Of a stretch of DNA of 24,784 nt, positions 1 through 8,032 are shown in pieces. Under the pieces are notes generated by a model. That model ran no database searches, had not been told where the DNA came from, and saw only the letters and a list, made by a program, of their open reading frames with translations. Source of the DNA: a virus (lineage: Duplodnaviria > Caudoviricetes); IMG/VR virus record IMGVR_UViG_3300037479_000127, positions 1 through 24,784 of that record; one strand, 5' to 3'. The translations under genes and the position numbers were made by a program. Position 1 is the first letter of the stretch. The number at the start of each line of letters is the position of its first letter.

Positions 1-1010
1 CTGTACGGGCTCGTTCCCAACTCTGACAACGCCGAGGGGAACTCCCGCTCAATCTCCTCCAGGTACTTCAACGCGGTCTGAAGGTGTGACTGCTCCATCA
101 CCCGGTCCCGGCGCTCCGATGCCGAGAGCACCATCGCCACTCGAATCAGGTGTGCATCCTTCCTTCCCCAATACCCCGTCTGCTCTCCTTCCGGCACGTC
201 CATCTTGCGAATATAGGGTTCGTAGGTGTCGTAGTACCAATCCTTGAACCACCTCTCTCCCGCCTCCGTCACCTCGAACCTTCCGCGCATCCTCGCAATC
301 GCCCGAAGGTCTTTCTCCAGCTCCAACCGTAGTTCTCGACTCAGCTCAGGCGCCGCGTCCATCAACGACGCCCGGCGCTCGGTGTAGCTGCGATGGACAA
401 GCAGCAGCCGCCCGAAGAACCCTGCGGTCCGGGCCGCCTTGGGCAGCTCATGGGCGATCCCTCGCGGCGTGATGCACCCGAGCATTGTGATGCACGGCTG
501 CCACAGGTCGGCCTTCCACGACCGGAAAGCAACCGTGAAGCGTCCTTTCGGGCAGTCATTGAGTTGATTGATCTGCGTCGCGAGAGTCTCCGCGAACGCT
601 TCAGTTGTGAAGAGGGCTCCCAGCTCCTCTGCGAATATGAACCCCGCCGAGTTGACCCGGCGCCCTTCCGGATCTCGCAACGGCACCTTTTCTTCGTCCA
701 GCCGTTGCAGCGCAAAGATCAGCTCCTGGGGGGAGGTCTTCTTCGGCAACACGAACATCTGCCACGGTTCCAATACCCGAAGCAAGTCCACAGCCAAACG
801 ACCCGCCGTGGTCTTCTTCGTGACTGCGCTCTTGGAGACCAGCACAACCATCAACTGCCCTGGGTAGAGGAAGATGCGTCCGCCCAACGCAGGATACCAA
901 CATCGGCGCTCCAGTGCTGCCCCGAGAACCGCAATGCCGGCCCACTGATGGAAGATGCGAGGGGAGACCTGGCGCTCGGTGTAGGAGAGGTATTTCTCCA
1001 ACCAGCTCAC
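1..1010 (-). CDS. DUF3987-type AAA+ helicase-like replication protein (3' end runs off window)
   Basis: Not in the ORF track because it has no stop inside the window. Manual translation from GTG 1010 (GTG 1019 is an alternative): MSWLEKYLSYTERQVSPRIFHQWAGIAVLGAALERRCW...LYPGQLMVVLVSKSAVTKKTTA (degenerate Walker A)...FIFAEELG (Walker B-like)...ITMLGCITP...AGFFGRLLLV (Arg finger)...WFKDWY...RKDAHLIRVAMVLSAS. The frame is open to position 3 and lies just downstream of polA. Confidence 0.75.
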   Translation of the reverse strand, partial: MSWLEKYLSYTERQVSPRIFHQWAGIAVLGAALERRCWYPALGGRIFLYPGQLMVVLVSKSAVTKKTTAGRLAVDLLRVLEPWQMFVLPKKTSPQELIFALQRLDEEKVPLRDPEGRRVNSAGFIFAEELGALFTTEAFAETLATQINQLNDCPKGRFTVAFRSWKADLWQPCITMLGCITPRGIAHELPKAARTAGFFGRLLLVHRSYTERRASLMDAAPELSRELRLELEKDLRAIARMRGRFEVTEAGERWFKDWYYDTYEPYIRKMDVPEGEQTGYWGRKDAHLIRVAMVLSASERRDRVMEQSHLQTALKYLEEIEREFPSALSELGTSPY

Positions 1011-1019
1011 GCACGACAC

Positions 1020-1433
1020 TCACGCATTCGCTGCTGCTGCCCACGACTTTTCCAACGTTTCCCGTACTACCGTCCCGTTGAGTTCAAGCAGGTCACACAC
1101 CACCTCGAAATCGAATATATCCGTGCGGGACGTGGAGCGAATCCACTCTCGCGCCTCATCTCGACGACGTAGCTGCCCTCCACCCGGAATCGACCGGCTG
1201 AATCCTGTCCCCCTCCTCACCCTCCGTATCTTCCCTGGTGCTTTCTTGCCCGTGGCTGCACCACGGCCTCCCCCATCCTCCGCATCTTGTATTCCTGAGT
1301 ACAGCAACGCGACCAACAGTGCCCGTACACCACTCGAAATAGCCTGCGAGCGGCGTGCCATTTGCTCCGGCAACACCACGTCTTCCTCGAAAGGTACTCC
1401 TGTCGCGCTCCGGTCCCAACGGTCTCTCATCAT
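1020..1433 (-). CDS. Conserved hypothetical protein (LP-Q...LLxA(L/V)L...AxxWI...F-F--VCxxLxL pattern), possible transcription-related factor
   Basis: ATG 1433 overlaps the polA stop (ATGA). Protein MMRDRW...DVVLPEQM...RALLVALLYSGIQD...EAREWIRS...FDFEVVCDLLELNGTVVRETL. Confidence 0.65.
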   Translation of the reverse strand: MMRDRWDRSATGVPFEEDVVLPEQMARRSQAISSGVRALLVALLYSGIQDAEDGGGRGAATGKKAPGKIRRVRRGTGFSRSIPGGGQLRRRDEAREWIRSTSRTDIFDFEVVCDLLELNGTVVRETLEKSWAAAANA

Positions 1434-4045
1434 TGTCTCGTCTTTACCTCCTGTAAGGCCTTCTCGAACACCTCTCGACTCGGCAATGTCTTCCACTCTC
1501 GCATTCCATACCATGTCACGCCAAGCTTCACGCCAATCGGCATAGAGAGAGTCCATTCCCCGCCGGCTCCTGGGTACGTTCGCTCCTCTCCCATCTTCTC
1601 CGTGATGAACCGTGCGATGCTCCACGCATGCGACGGCGGTGTCGTCACGACCACCGAATCGTGTCCTTGCTGCACCAGCTTTGCCCCCGGCCACCGTCCT
1701 CGTCGGCGCTCGTCGTCGAACGGCAGTACCCCACCTTGATTGGTCAGGACGCCGACCTCGTGTTGTGGCAGCCATGCGTACCCTTCTTTATAATCTTCCT
1801 GCGACAGACGCAAACCACGGAAGTAGTATGGCCGACCCCAACTCCCCACGAGCTTTCCGTCCTCGATCATTTGCCTACGCACCCATGCGTGATACTCTCC
1901 CAACCCGCGTGTCGCTGCGTACATCTTTGCCAACCACTCGTCGCATTCGTCCGGGTCCAGAACCAGTCTTCCCTCGGTCTCTACCAGCGCGACCTCCGCC
2001 ATCCGCAGTCCCCCCATCCCGTAGTTGGCAGCATGCCGCACACGCTTCCCGAGCTGTCTCCGCTCAATCGCCTCCTTGTCTCCTGCTTGATACGCTGCCA
2101 GCAACTCCTCATACTCTACGTCAAATATCTTCCCTGCATTCAGCACATGCAAGTCCAGCTCGTATGGAGATGACCGTGCCAAGCGCAGGAGACGTGGATC
2201 CCCGCTCATCCCGTCCACGATCCGACTCTCGCCTTGGCTCTGGTCGAACTCCAACAAGACCTGTCCATAGTCCGCGACGAACATGCGTCGCAGGTCTGAA
2301 TGCCGATCCCGATTCTGGGCATTTACTCCACGATCCTCCAGTGTCTTACTCGCATGCAGTCGGCCAGTCTTTGTCGTCGGACTGTACCGTGAGCGAATGC
2401 GTCCATCATCATCCACCAACCCTGGTCGCACCTCTTGTGCAATCTTCGTATGCTCGCGGTACCCCAACACCAGTTGTCCCATCGGCCGCGCTTTCTTGTA
2501 CTTCCGCATGAGGCGCCGGATTGCCAGCTCGTCGGCCGTCCGTCTCCCCGATCCTCGCCGATAGAACGGCTGGCACTTCAAGGTGTCGTAGAAGTACGCA
2601 TTGACCTTCAGCGGTGACAAGCCCTTCTTCGCCACGAGATCGGTCCCTGCCAATCGTGCCATGTTCTCCCGGATCTCTGCGATGACATGCTGCTCGCGCT
2701 CCTCAATCCCCCGCCGCGCATCCTCGTCCACCGCAAAGCCAGTCTGTGTCAGACGCAAGCACGCTGCCGAGAGCCTGCGGTAATGGTCACGGTAGACCTG
2801 CATCATCCCGGCTGCTTGCAGTCGAGCCTGATATCGCGTCACCAACGCCCGCGTGTAGCACACATCCTTCCCGTTGTACTTCCAGCGGCGCTTCGGGTCC
2901 TTGATCGTCGTGCTCTTTCCCTCCTCCTTCGCCTCGTCCTTCCAGAACCGCACTCGTAAATCGCGAGAGGCACAGTATGCGAGACGATGCTGGTCTCTTG
3001 GATCCAAGCAATGATGCATTTGGTGCGTGTCCCACCGTACGTTCTCCACTCGCACCTGCTTCGTCCACAGCACGAAGAGATCGTAAAGGCCGAAATGAAG
3101 CGCCTTGGCAATCGGATGACGCAGCAGCTCCCTGGCAATCGCCCATGCCCACTGATGGCGCAGATCAAGTGTCAGGGACAGCCCTTCCTTCACCGAGAAC
3201 CCAATGCAATCTATGACGTGCCCCTTCGCCACCGTCTCAATGTCCACCGCGAGACACGCCTCTCGCCCTTCCCGCTTCCAGATGCGAGCTACGTCGGACT
3301 GGAAATCTTGTGCATCGCCGCGCGTCGGGTTCACGACATGCTCACATCGAGGGTCCAGTTGCAGCGACGGGAAGGTGGCATCCCCCCGAATGCGCTCCCA
3401 ATCCCCTCGCCACGCATCGAAGAAGTTTCCGGCACGCAGGATGAAAGCCGGGTGATATGTCGGGATGCACTTGAGCCGCTCACCATTTGGCGTCTTAACC
3501 GCAAACACGCTGCCACGCCAATTACTTATCTTGTCGCGCCAGGCTATTTGAGGCCCGTCCGGTGTCGCCCTGACGCGCCACTTCCCCTTCTTCGTGACCG
3601 GAAGCGGTGCGCGTCGCAGTGTATTGAGAGCCAGATTTCCCAACGGCACAACCACCATCGGGTTCAACTTCTCTATCCTCCTCCAACACTCCTCCTGCCA
3701 TCTCGCAACCGTTGCCGGTGTCAACTTCCACAATGCATTATCCGGTGGCCGTATCTCGATGACGTTCTCTATCCTCACATCCTCTCGTGGCAACCCGAAC
3801 GCCCGCAGACCTTCCCATTTGGCCTGCCCCGTCCAATCCCGTCCCTCCCAGAGAAAACGGCCGGCGGCCCCGATGAAGGGCACACCGGCCTGCTCCTCGT
3901 CCTTCCCGAGCGCCTCACCAAGTATGCACACAGGGGCGGCAAGCGGACCGATCCCGCCCACTCGCCGCCCCCGAGCACTCCCCCACGGTGTCTTCACGAA
4001 CTGATCCCTACTTGGTCGCCGCAGTGCTCCTTTCGATGAAGCCAT
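1430..4045 (-). CDS. polA: DNA polymerase family A with N-terminal family-4 uracil-DNA glycosylase and 3'-5' exonuclease domains
   Basis: UDG4 motifs GEALGKDEEQAGVPFIGAAG, NVIEIRPPDN and PTYHPAFILR. Exonuclease motifs AVDIET, HFGLYD and YNGKD. Polymerase motifs TKTGRLHAS, NAQN, motif A DQSQGESR, motif B RQLGKRVRHAANYG and motif C GHDS. Confidence 0.95.
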   Translation of the reverse strand: MASSKGALRRPSRDQFVKTPWGSARGRRVGGIGPLAAPVCILGEALGKDEEQAGVPFIGAAGRFLWEGRDWTGQAKWEGLRAFGLPREDVRIENVIEIRPPDNALWKLTPATVARWQEECWRRIEKLNPMVVVPLGNLALNTLRRAPLPVTKKGKWRVRATPDGPQIAWRDKISNWRGSVFAVKTPNGERLKCIPTYHPAFILRAGNFFDAWRGDWERIRGDATFPSLQLDPRCEHVVNPTRGDAQDFQSDVARIWKREGREACLAVDIETVAKGHVIDCIGFSVKEGLSLTLDLRHQWAWAIARELLRHPIAKALHFGLYDLFVLWTKQVRVENVRWDTHQMHHCLDPRDQHRLAYCASRDLRVRFWKDEAKEEGKSTTIKDPKRRWKYNGKDVCYTRALVTRYQARLQAAGMMQVYRDHYRRLSAACLRLTQTGFAVDEDARRGIEEREQHVIAEIRENMARLAGTDLVAKKGLSPLKVNAYFYDTLKCQPFYRRGSGRRTADELAIRRLMRKYKKARPMGQLVLGYREHTKIAQEVRPGLVDDDGRIRSRYSPTTKTGRLHASKTLEDRGVNAQNRDRHSDLRRMFVADYGQVLLEFDQSQGESRIVDGMSGDPRLLRLARSSPYELDLHVLNAGKIFDVEYEELLAAYQAGDKEAIERRQLGKRVRHAANYGMGGLRMAEVALVETEGRLVLDPDECDEWLAKMYAATRGLGEYHAWVRRQMIEDGKLVGSWGRPYYFRGLRLSQEDYKEGYAWLPQHEVGVLTNQGGVLPFDDERRRGRWPGAKLVQQGHDSVVVTTPPSHAWSIARFITEKMGEERTYPGAGGEWTLSMPIGVKLGVTWYGMREWKTLPSREVFEKALQEVKTRQ

Positions 4046-4199
4046 GCAGGAATTCCTGCACCGAGCGCCCTACCTTTGCACAGTGCCGCTTCAACCGCTG
4101 ACGCAGCTTGAAGGGAACTCGTACTATCACCACCACCAGCTCCTCCGGTGCATGCGCCGTCGAAGCCTTCCTTCGTGTGCTCTTCTTCGTCTTCGCCAT
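4008..4199 (-). CDS. Ribbon-helix-helix (Arc/CopG-like) DNA-binding protein
   Basis: 63 aa. A beta-strand (VVVIVRVP) is followed by helix FKLRQRLKRHCAKV, a G-R-S turn and helix VQEFLHGFIE. The start is coupled to the ssb stop (TGATG). Confidence 0.7.
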   Translation of the reverse strand: MAKTKKSTRRKASTAHAPEELVVVIVRVPFKLRQRLKRHCAKVGRSVQEFLHGFIERSTAATK

Positions 4200-4930
4200 C
4201 AGTCGTCCTCCTCCTCATCGTCTTCGTCGTCCTCGTCCGACGGCTTCCGTGACGTGGGCTTGGGCTCCTCGTCCTCCTCCTCCTCCTCTTCCACCTCCTC
4301 CGGCTTCGGCTTCCCCTTCTTCCCCTTCGGCTTCTCCTTCCTCTCCGTCTCCTCGTCGTCCTCCTCGACTGGCTGTCGGCTCCTGGCTCGCTTCCCGGCT
4401 GCCGTAGCCCCCTTCGCCTTCTTGCCACTCTTCCCACCACCAGCCGCCGTCGGTTGCTCAGGCGAGACGCCTATGTCGGGACAGTCCTCGTCGCTGGGGC
4501 GGAAAAACAGCCCGAGTTTGTTCCTCGCCGTTGCGCTGTCGTCGAACACGAGGTTGATGGGCGCCACGACCTGCTTCCCTACGGCCGCCTCCATCCACTC
4601 TTCATCGTCGTCGCTGAGCGGTGTTCCTGAGCGGACGAGCAGACGCTTGAGGCGTCCCGGTCCACTCTCGGTCCTACCGCTCCACGACTCCGGCCGCTTC
4701 GCCAGCGGGTCATCCGCGGTCCCGACCGTGATCCAGTCGCGAACCGTGCCACCGGCCAGCTTCTTCGGTTCCACTACCTTGACATCCACGATGTACATGC
4801 GACACCCTGGAGTCTTTGCACCTTGACCTGTCTTCGTCCGTTCGATGTTGGTGATCTCCAACAGCGCCCCGGTGCAAGCAGGCAAGGATCCCCTTTGCTC
4901 CTCCGTCTCATCGAAGAAGCTCTTTCCCAT
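4199..4930 (-). CDS. Single-stranded DNA-binding protein (DUF669-like) with long charged tail
   Basis: OB-fold-like N-terminal half (LPACTGALLEITNIERTKT...MYIVDVKVVEP...RLKRLL...AVGKQVVA) and a very acidic C-terminus (DEDDEDDEEEDD). GAGAGGAG RBS. Adjacent to a Sak4-like ATPase and a nuclease, the usual recombination module context. Confidence 0.7.
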   Translation of the reverse strand: MGKSFFDETEEQRGSLPACTGALLEITNIERTKTGQGAKTPGCRMYIVDVKVVEPKKLAGGTVRDWITVGTADDPLAKRPESWSGRTESGPGRLKRLLVRSGTPLSDDDEEWMEAAVGKQVVAPINLVFDDSATARNKLGLFFRPSDEDCPDIGVSPEQPTAAGGGKSGKKAKGATAAGKRARSRQPVEEDDEETERKEKPKGKKGKPKPEEVEEEEEEDEEPKPTSRKPSDEDDEDDEEEDD

Positions 4931-4952
4931 ACTGCGCTCCTCTCAGGTTCAG

Positions 4953-5072
4953 CCCGCCAGCCCCATGCCGGCGGGAAAATGGTGCAGAAAAGATGGGCGC
5001 GGGAGTGTTTCACACAGGGTAAGGGGGTCACCCCGTTGCAGGTTCTCCCTGCACACCATGCCCCCGCGCCCA
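4953..5072 (-). ncRNA. Candidate structured cis-regulatory RNA in the ssb leader
   Basis: A 10-bp stem (4994-5003 with 5063-5072) encloses three hairpins (5005-5015, 5024-5034, 5037-5053). A possible pseudoknot pairs 5054-5059 with 4979-4984. A further 9-bp hairpin at 4953-4975 has a G-U pair only on the minus strand. Confidence 0.45.
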
Positions 5073-5084
5073 CGCCTTACAGCC

Positions 5085-5891
5085 CTACGCCTTCTCGCCC
5101 TTCCCCGGCTCCTCGTCTACGGTCCCGAGAAGCCTGTAAGCGTTGTCCTTCCCGATCATGTCGAAGAGTGCCACATAGACCGGGCGCGGCATCACTCCCG
5201 CAAGAAAGGTACTCTTTCCCACATGCGGATCGCTGTAGATGCCGATGTGAACCGGCGGCCTGGCACCCTTCCCTCTCCATCCTTGCCACAGAAATTCCGG
5301 TTCGACCTTCCTTGGCACCAGCAAATCGTCCGGCAACCCGATGCAGGTTCCAGCCTGGTACTTCGCATTGCATTCTGTCTGAAGGTACCGGCGCCGTTTC
5401 CCGTCCTCTTCTTTGACGTGCATTCGGTATAGCTCCGGCCATGCAGCGGAAACCATCTTCGTCTCCTCCAGGCGTTTGCCTGGTACGAACGGCTGCCGCA
5501 CCATGGCCCCCTCGGCTTCGATCTTCCGTCGGTGAACGTGGAAGGCAACCCCGACGTTGCAGGGGAGAGCCGGAAGCTGAAGACAGAGCAGCTCCTCGAT
5601 GAGGTCCGCGGCACCTCCGTACCACTGCAAAGGATTCTCGGTGTCGGGGTTCAACTCGTACTGGTGCCATTTCCGAGCGCCCAAGGAAGCAAAGGACACG
5701 GAGTCGAAGATGAAGCTCGCCCACTTTCCCTGTTCCAACTCTTTGACGAAGACCTTGAGGTAGTCGAGTAGGCGCCCCACGCCATCCGTTTCCTCGACGA
5801 TTGGATTTTGGTAGTTGGCGACGCGAATCAGCAGCTTCCCGGTCGCATCCTTCACGTCGTAGTACGGTGTACTCCGTTTGTCCTTCTTCAC
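5085..5891 (-). CDS. Sak4/AAA_24-like P-loop ATPase (ssDNA annealing), circularly permuted
   Basis: Walker B SFIFDSVS (D at aa 63), NVGVAFH and RRYLQT...YQAG..IGLP, with Walker A HIGIYSDPHVGKSTF (K at aa 226). GAGGAGAGG RBS before a GTG start. Lies between the PD-(D/E)XK nuclease and SSB. Confidence 0.8.
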   Translation of the reverse strand: MKKDKRSTPYYDVKDATGKLLIRVANYQNPIVEETDGVGRLLDYLKVFVKELEQGKWASFIFDSVSFASLGARKWHQYELNPDTENPLQWYGGAADLIEELLCLQLPALPCNVGVAFHVHRRKIEAEGAMVRQPFVPGKRLEETKMVSAAWPELYRMHVKEEDGKRRRYLQTECNAKYQAGTCIGLPDDLLVPRKVEPEFLWQGWRGKGARPPVHIGIYSDPHVGKSTFLAGVMPRPVYVALFDMIGKDNAYRLLGTVDEEPGKGEKA

Positions 5892-5937
5892 CTGGCGCCT
5901 CTCCTCGTCTGCTATCTACCGAATGCTTGCGGCGAAG

Positions 5938-6966
5938 TCAAGCAGCTCCGGCAGTCCCGACTCCTGCATGCTCCAACGGTCTCCAGGGCTGCTCGGTGAA
6001 AGTCTTGGCAGCACCAGCCAGGCGTCCACTGCGACACCATTTCTGGAATGGGCAGAACCCGCATGCCCCATTGAAGCGTCCCTGCATCGGCAGCTCGCGG
6101 GCATCTTCGATGGTCCGCACTTGCCCGCGCAGCACGAGAAAGCGTCGAGTCAATCGCCGCGCCGTCGTCTCCCACGCATCCAGCTCGTGCGGCGTGCGCG
6201 TTACGGGGAACAACACATGCTCGGGATGATTGTTCCCGCACTCCGCATAGGTCGTCCCGTGCTGCTTGCACCGTCCGTTGCTGCTGGGAACCTCTCGCAG
6301 GTGAATGCCGTTGATGAACACGCCAGACAGCAGAAGATCCCGCTCTCGTGCAATCCACATCTGACCCGTGAACTGCGAACTGTTTTCCTGCCGTGACTTG
6401 AACCACTCTCCGGTGTTCGAGGTCGTCTTGTGGTCTACACTCCACAACCCGCCCGACTTGCGGTGTTTTCCAACCGCATCCAGTAGAGCGACCATCACGA
6501 CCATTGGAGGGCGCTTCGGGTCGTTCAGCTCCCATTCTTGCTGTACCCGTGCGAGCTTTCCCTCTCGCAGAACTCCCAAAGGAGCGGTCAAAGGCATCTC
6601 CACCTGCGCCGGGTTCACGAGAAACGGCCAATCCTGCAACGGATGCCTTTTCAACCAGAATGCTACGATCTTCTTCACATTCTGATATCGCAGCCGGTCA
6701 TCGGGCGGCACATGCTCCTTCGCCCATTGTCGGTACTCGTTAAGCCTTCCGAGTGCTTCCTCGGTCGAAGCACCCGAGAGCCATGCCGCGAGTACCTCAT
6801 GCACGGCGCTTCCCGCTCGCAGCTCTTTCGCTTCTTCTGCCGGTGCCAGGTGCAAGATGTGCCGCATCGCGACGAGCGTGTCGCACCGAGCCGCTGCTTC
6901 CAGCAACGTGTTATCGACTACCACGTCATCCGGTCGCACCATTACCCCCTCAGTTTCTCGTTGCAC
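5938..6966 (-). CDS. PD-(D/E)XK (Cas4/RecB-like) exonuclease
   Basis: GSAVHEVL, VEMPL, LLDAVG...VDHKTT and QFTGQ motifs. C-terminal CGFCPFQKWC plus an N-terminal Cys fit an Fe-S staple pattern. The start may be ATG 6942. Confidence 0.85.
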   Translation of the reverse strand: MQRETEGVMVRPDDVVVDNTLLEAAARCDTLVAMRHILHLAPAEEAKELRAGSAVHEVLAAWLSGASTEEALGRLNEYRQWAKEHVPPDDRLRYQNVKKIVAFWLKRHPLQDWPFLVNPAQVEMPLTAPLGVLREGKLARVQQEWELNDPKRPPMVVMVALLDAVGKHRKSGGLWSVDHKTTSNTGEWFKSRQENSSQFTGQMWIARERDLLLSGVFINGIHLREVPSSNGRCKQHGTTYAECGNNHPEHVLFPVTRTPHELDAWETTARRLTRRFLVLRGQVRTIEDARELPMQGRFNGACGFCPFQKWCRSGRLAGAAKTFTEQPWRPLEHAGVGTAGAA

Positions 6967-7210
6967 TTCTCCCTCCTACGTCCTCGATCCAGGCTTTTCG
7001 CAGTGCTTCCAAATCCAACAGGAGCCCAGGCAACATGTTCCCCTCAATCGTGGTCCACCCTGAGAGAAGGTTCTCCCGTGCTCTCACCAATGTGAGTGCA
7101 ACACGCACCAAGCCACCGCTCCAGTACAAGACGCTCCAAATACCCAAGCGCCATGCGATTTCGCGGTCTACCCGCGTCGGGTAGCTTCGGCTGGAGTCTC
7201 GCGCTGGCAT
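6950..7210 (-). CDS. Hypothetical protein
   Basis: GAGGAG RBS before ATG 7210. Fills the gap in the operon but overlaps both neighbours. Confidence 0.35.
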   Translation of the reverse strand: MPARDSSRSYPTRVDREIAWRLGIWSVLYWSGGLVRVALTLVRARENLLSGWTTIEGNMLPGLLLDLEALRKAWIEDVGGRSATRN

Positions 7211-7365
7211 GTACTGCACTCCTCGCGAATCTTATGCGTCGGAGCCCCACACCGTCCACATGCGGGGGACGTGGGGGAGTCACGCAGTCGATCCCGCACA
7301 GCAGCTACGGTTTTCCTGAATGCCTCACTTGCTGCTGCATCCGCTCCTCGAAACACCGATCGCAT
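7168..7365 (-). CDS. Small zinc-ribbon protein
   Basis: CGRC...CSTC motifs. AAAGGAG upstream. Confidence 0.5.
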   Translation of the reverse strand: MRSVFRGADAAASEAFRKTVAAVRDRLRDSPTSPACGRCGAPTHKIREECSTCQRETPAEATRRG

Positions 7366-7392
7366 AGTCGTAGTATGCTCCTTTCCGCAGGT

Positions 7393-7426
7393 CGTAATCG
7401 TTAACTCAACGTAGTCGTTAACTCAA
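7393..7426. repeat. 2 x 17-bp tandem repeat containing the TCGTTAAC box
   Basis: cgtaatcgttaactcaa followed by cgtagtcgttaactcaa. Overlaps the stop of the DUF5664 gene. Confidence 0.9.
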
Positions 7427-7770
7427 GGCCGACGCAGCAACAACTCATGCAAGTAGCCCATCGTGTTGAACAGCAACGCGCAAATGCTTTCTTCTGCCGC
7501 CCGCTGAGACTCGCGGTCTTCGTTTCGATGCCACGTCCACCACGCGAGGAAGTGTCGCCAGGCCGATTTCATGTACACCGCGCGCGGGATCCCTCGCTGC
7601 CAGTTGTCGCTTGCCCGCAACCTGCCATCGACCTGCACCCGATGCTTGTGCATATACTCGTTAAACCGCTGCACTACCAGCGGAGAGAGGAACCCCTCGG
7701 GATCGTGCTTTCCTTCCTCTCCGTTGCGCGTTGCACCCGTCTTGAAGGTACGCACGGTCCGAGTCTTCAT
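7423..7770 (-). CDS. dATP/dGTP diphosphohydrolase-like protein (DUF5664 type)
   Basis: RTFKTGATRN...GKHDPEGFLSPLV...DNWQRGIP...YMKSAWRH...ICALLFN. ATG 7770 has a GGAGG RBS. Confidence 0.8.
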   Translation of the reverse strand: MKTRTVRTFKTGATRNGEEGKHDPEGFLSPLVVQRFNEYMHKHRVQVDGRLRASDNWQRGIPRAVYMKSAWRHFLAWWTWHRNEDRESQRAAEESICALLFNTMGYLHELLLRRP

Positions 7771-7774
7771 GTTC

Positions 7775-7858
7775 CTACCTCCACAACAGCAGCAACACTC
7801 CGACCACCACGGCGAGAGCGGCAGCGACCATCGCCTGTATCTCTCCCGGATCATGCAT
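7775..7858 (-). CDS. 27-aa single-pass membrane peptide
   Basis: MHDPGEIQAMVAAALAVVVGVLLLLWR. The start is coupled to the upstream stop (TAATG). Below the ORF-track size cutoff. Confidence 0.5.
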   Translation of the reverse strand: MHDPGEIQAMVAAALAVVVGVLLLLWR

Positions 7859-8028
7859 TAGTACATACTCTCCTCAAACTCCGCAGTCTCCAGCGGTGCA
7901 AAAAGTTTGAAGTAGCACCAGGAGCACCACGGCGAACCTCGGTGCGGGAAGGGAAAGCACCGCGCCTCGCACACGAAGCAGCGGCCGAGGTCTCCAGCTC
8001 TCGGGTCGTAGTTTCTTTGTCGTTCCAT
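7858..8028 (-). CDS. 56-aa zinc-finger-like protein
   Basis: MERQRNYDPRAGDLGRCFVCEARC...PWCSWCYFKLFAPLETAEFEESMY. Tiles the operon exactly. Confidence 0.5.
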   Translation of the reverse strand: MERQRNYDPRAGDLGRCFVCEARCFPFPHRGSPWCSWCYFKLFAPLETAEFEESMY

Positions 8029-8032
8029 CTAT

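Noticed and set aside
601-1044. 147-aa ORF in the track
   Set aside because: It is an alternative frame overlapping the DUF3987 helicase-like gene, which has clear motifs.
4994-5072. tRNA gene
   Set aside because: The shape is cloverleaf-like, but it lacks the TTCRA T-loop, the 7-nt anticodon loop and D-loop geometry. It is kept only as a candidate structured RNA.
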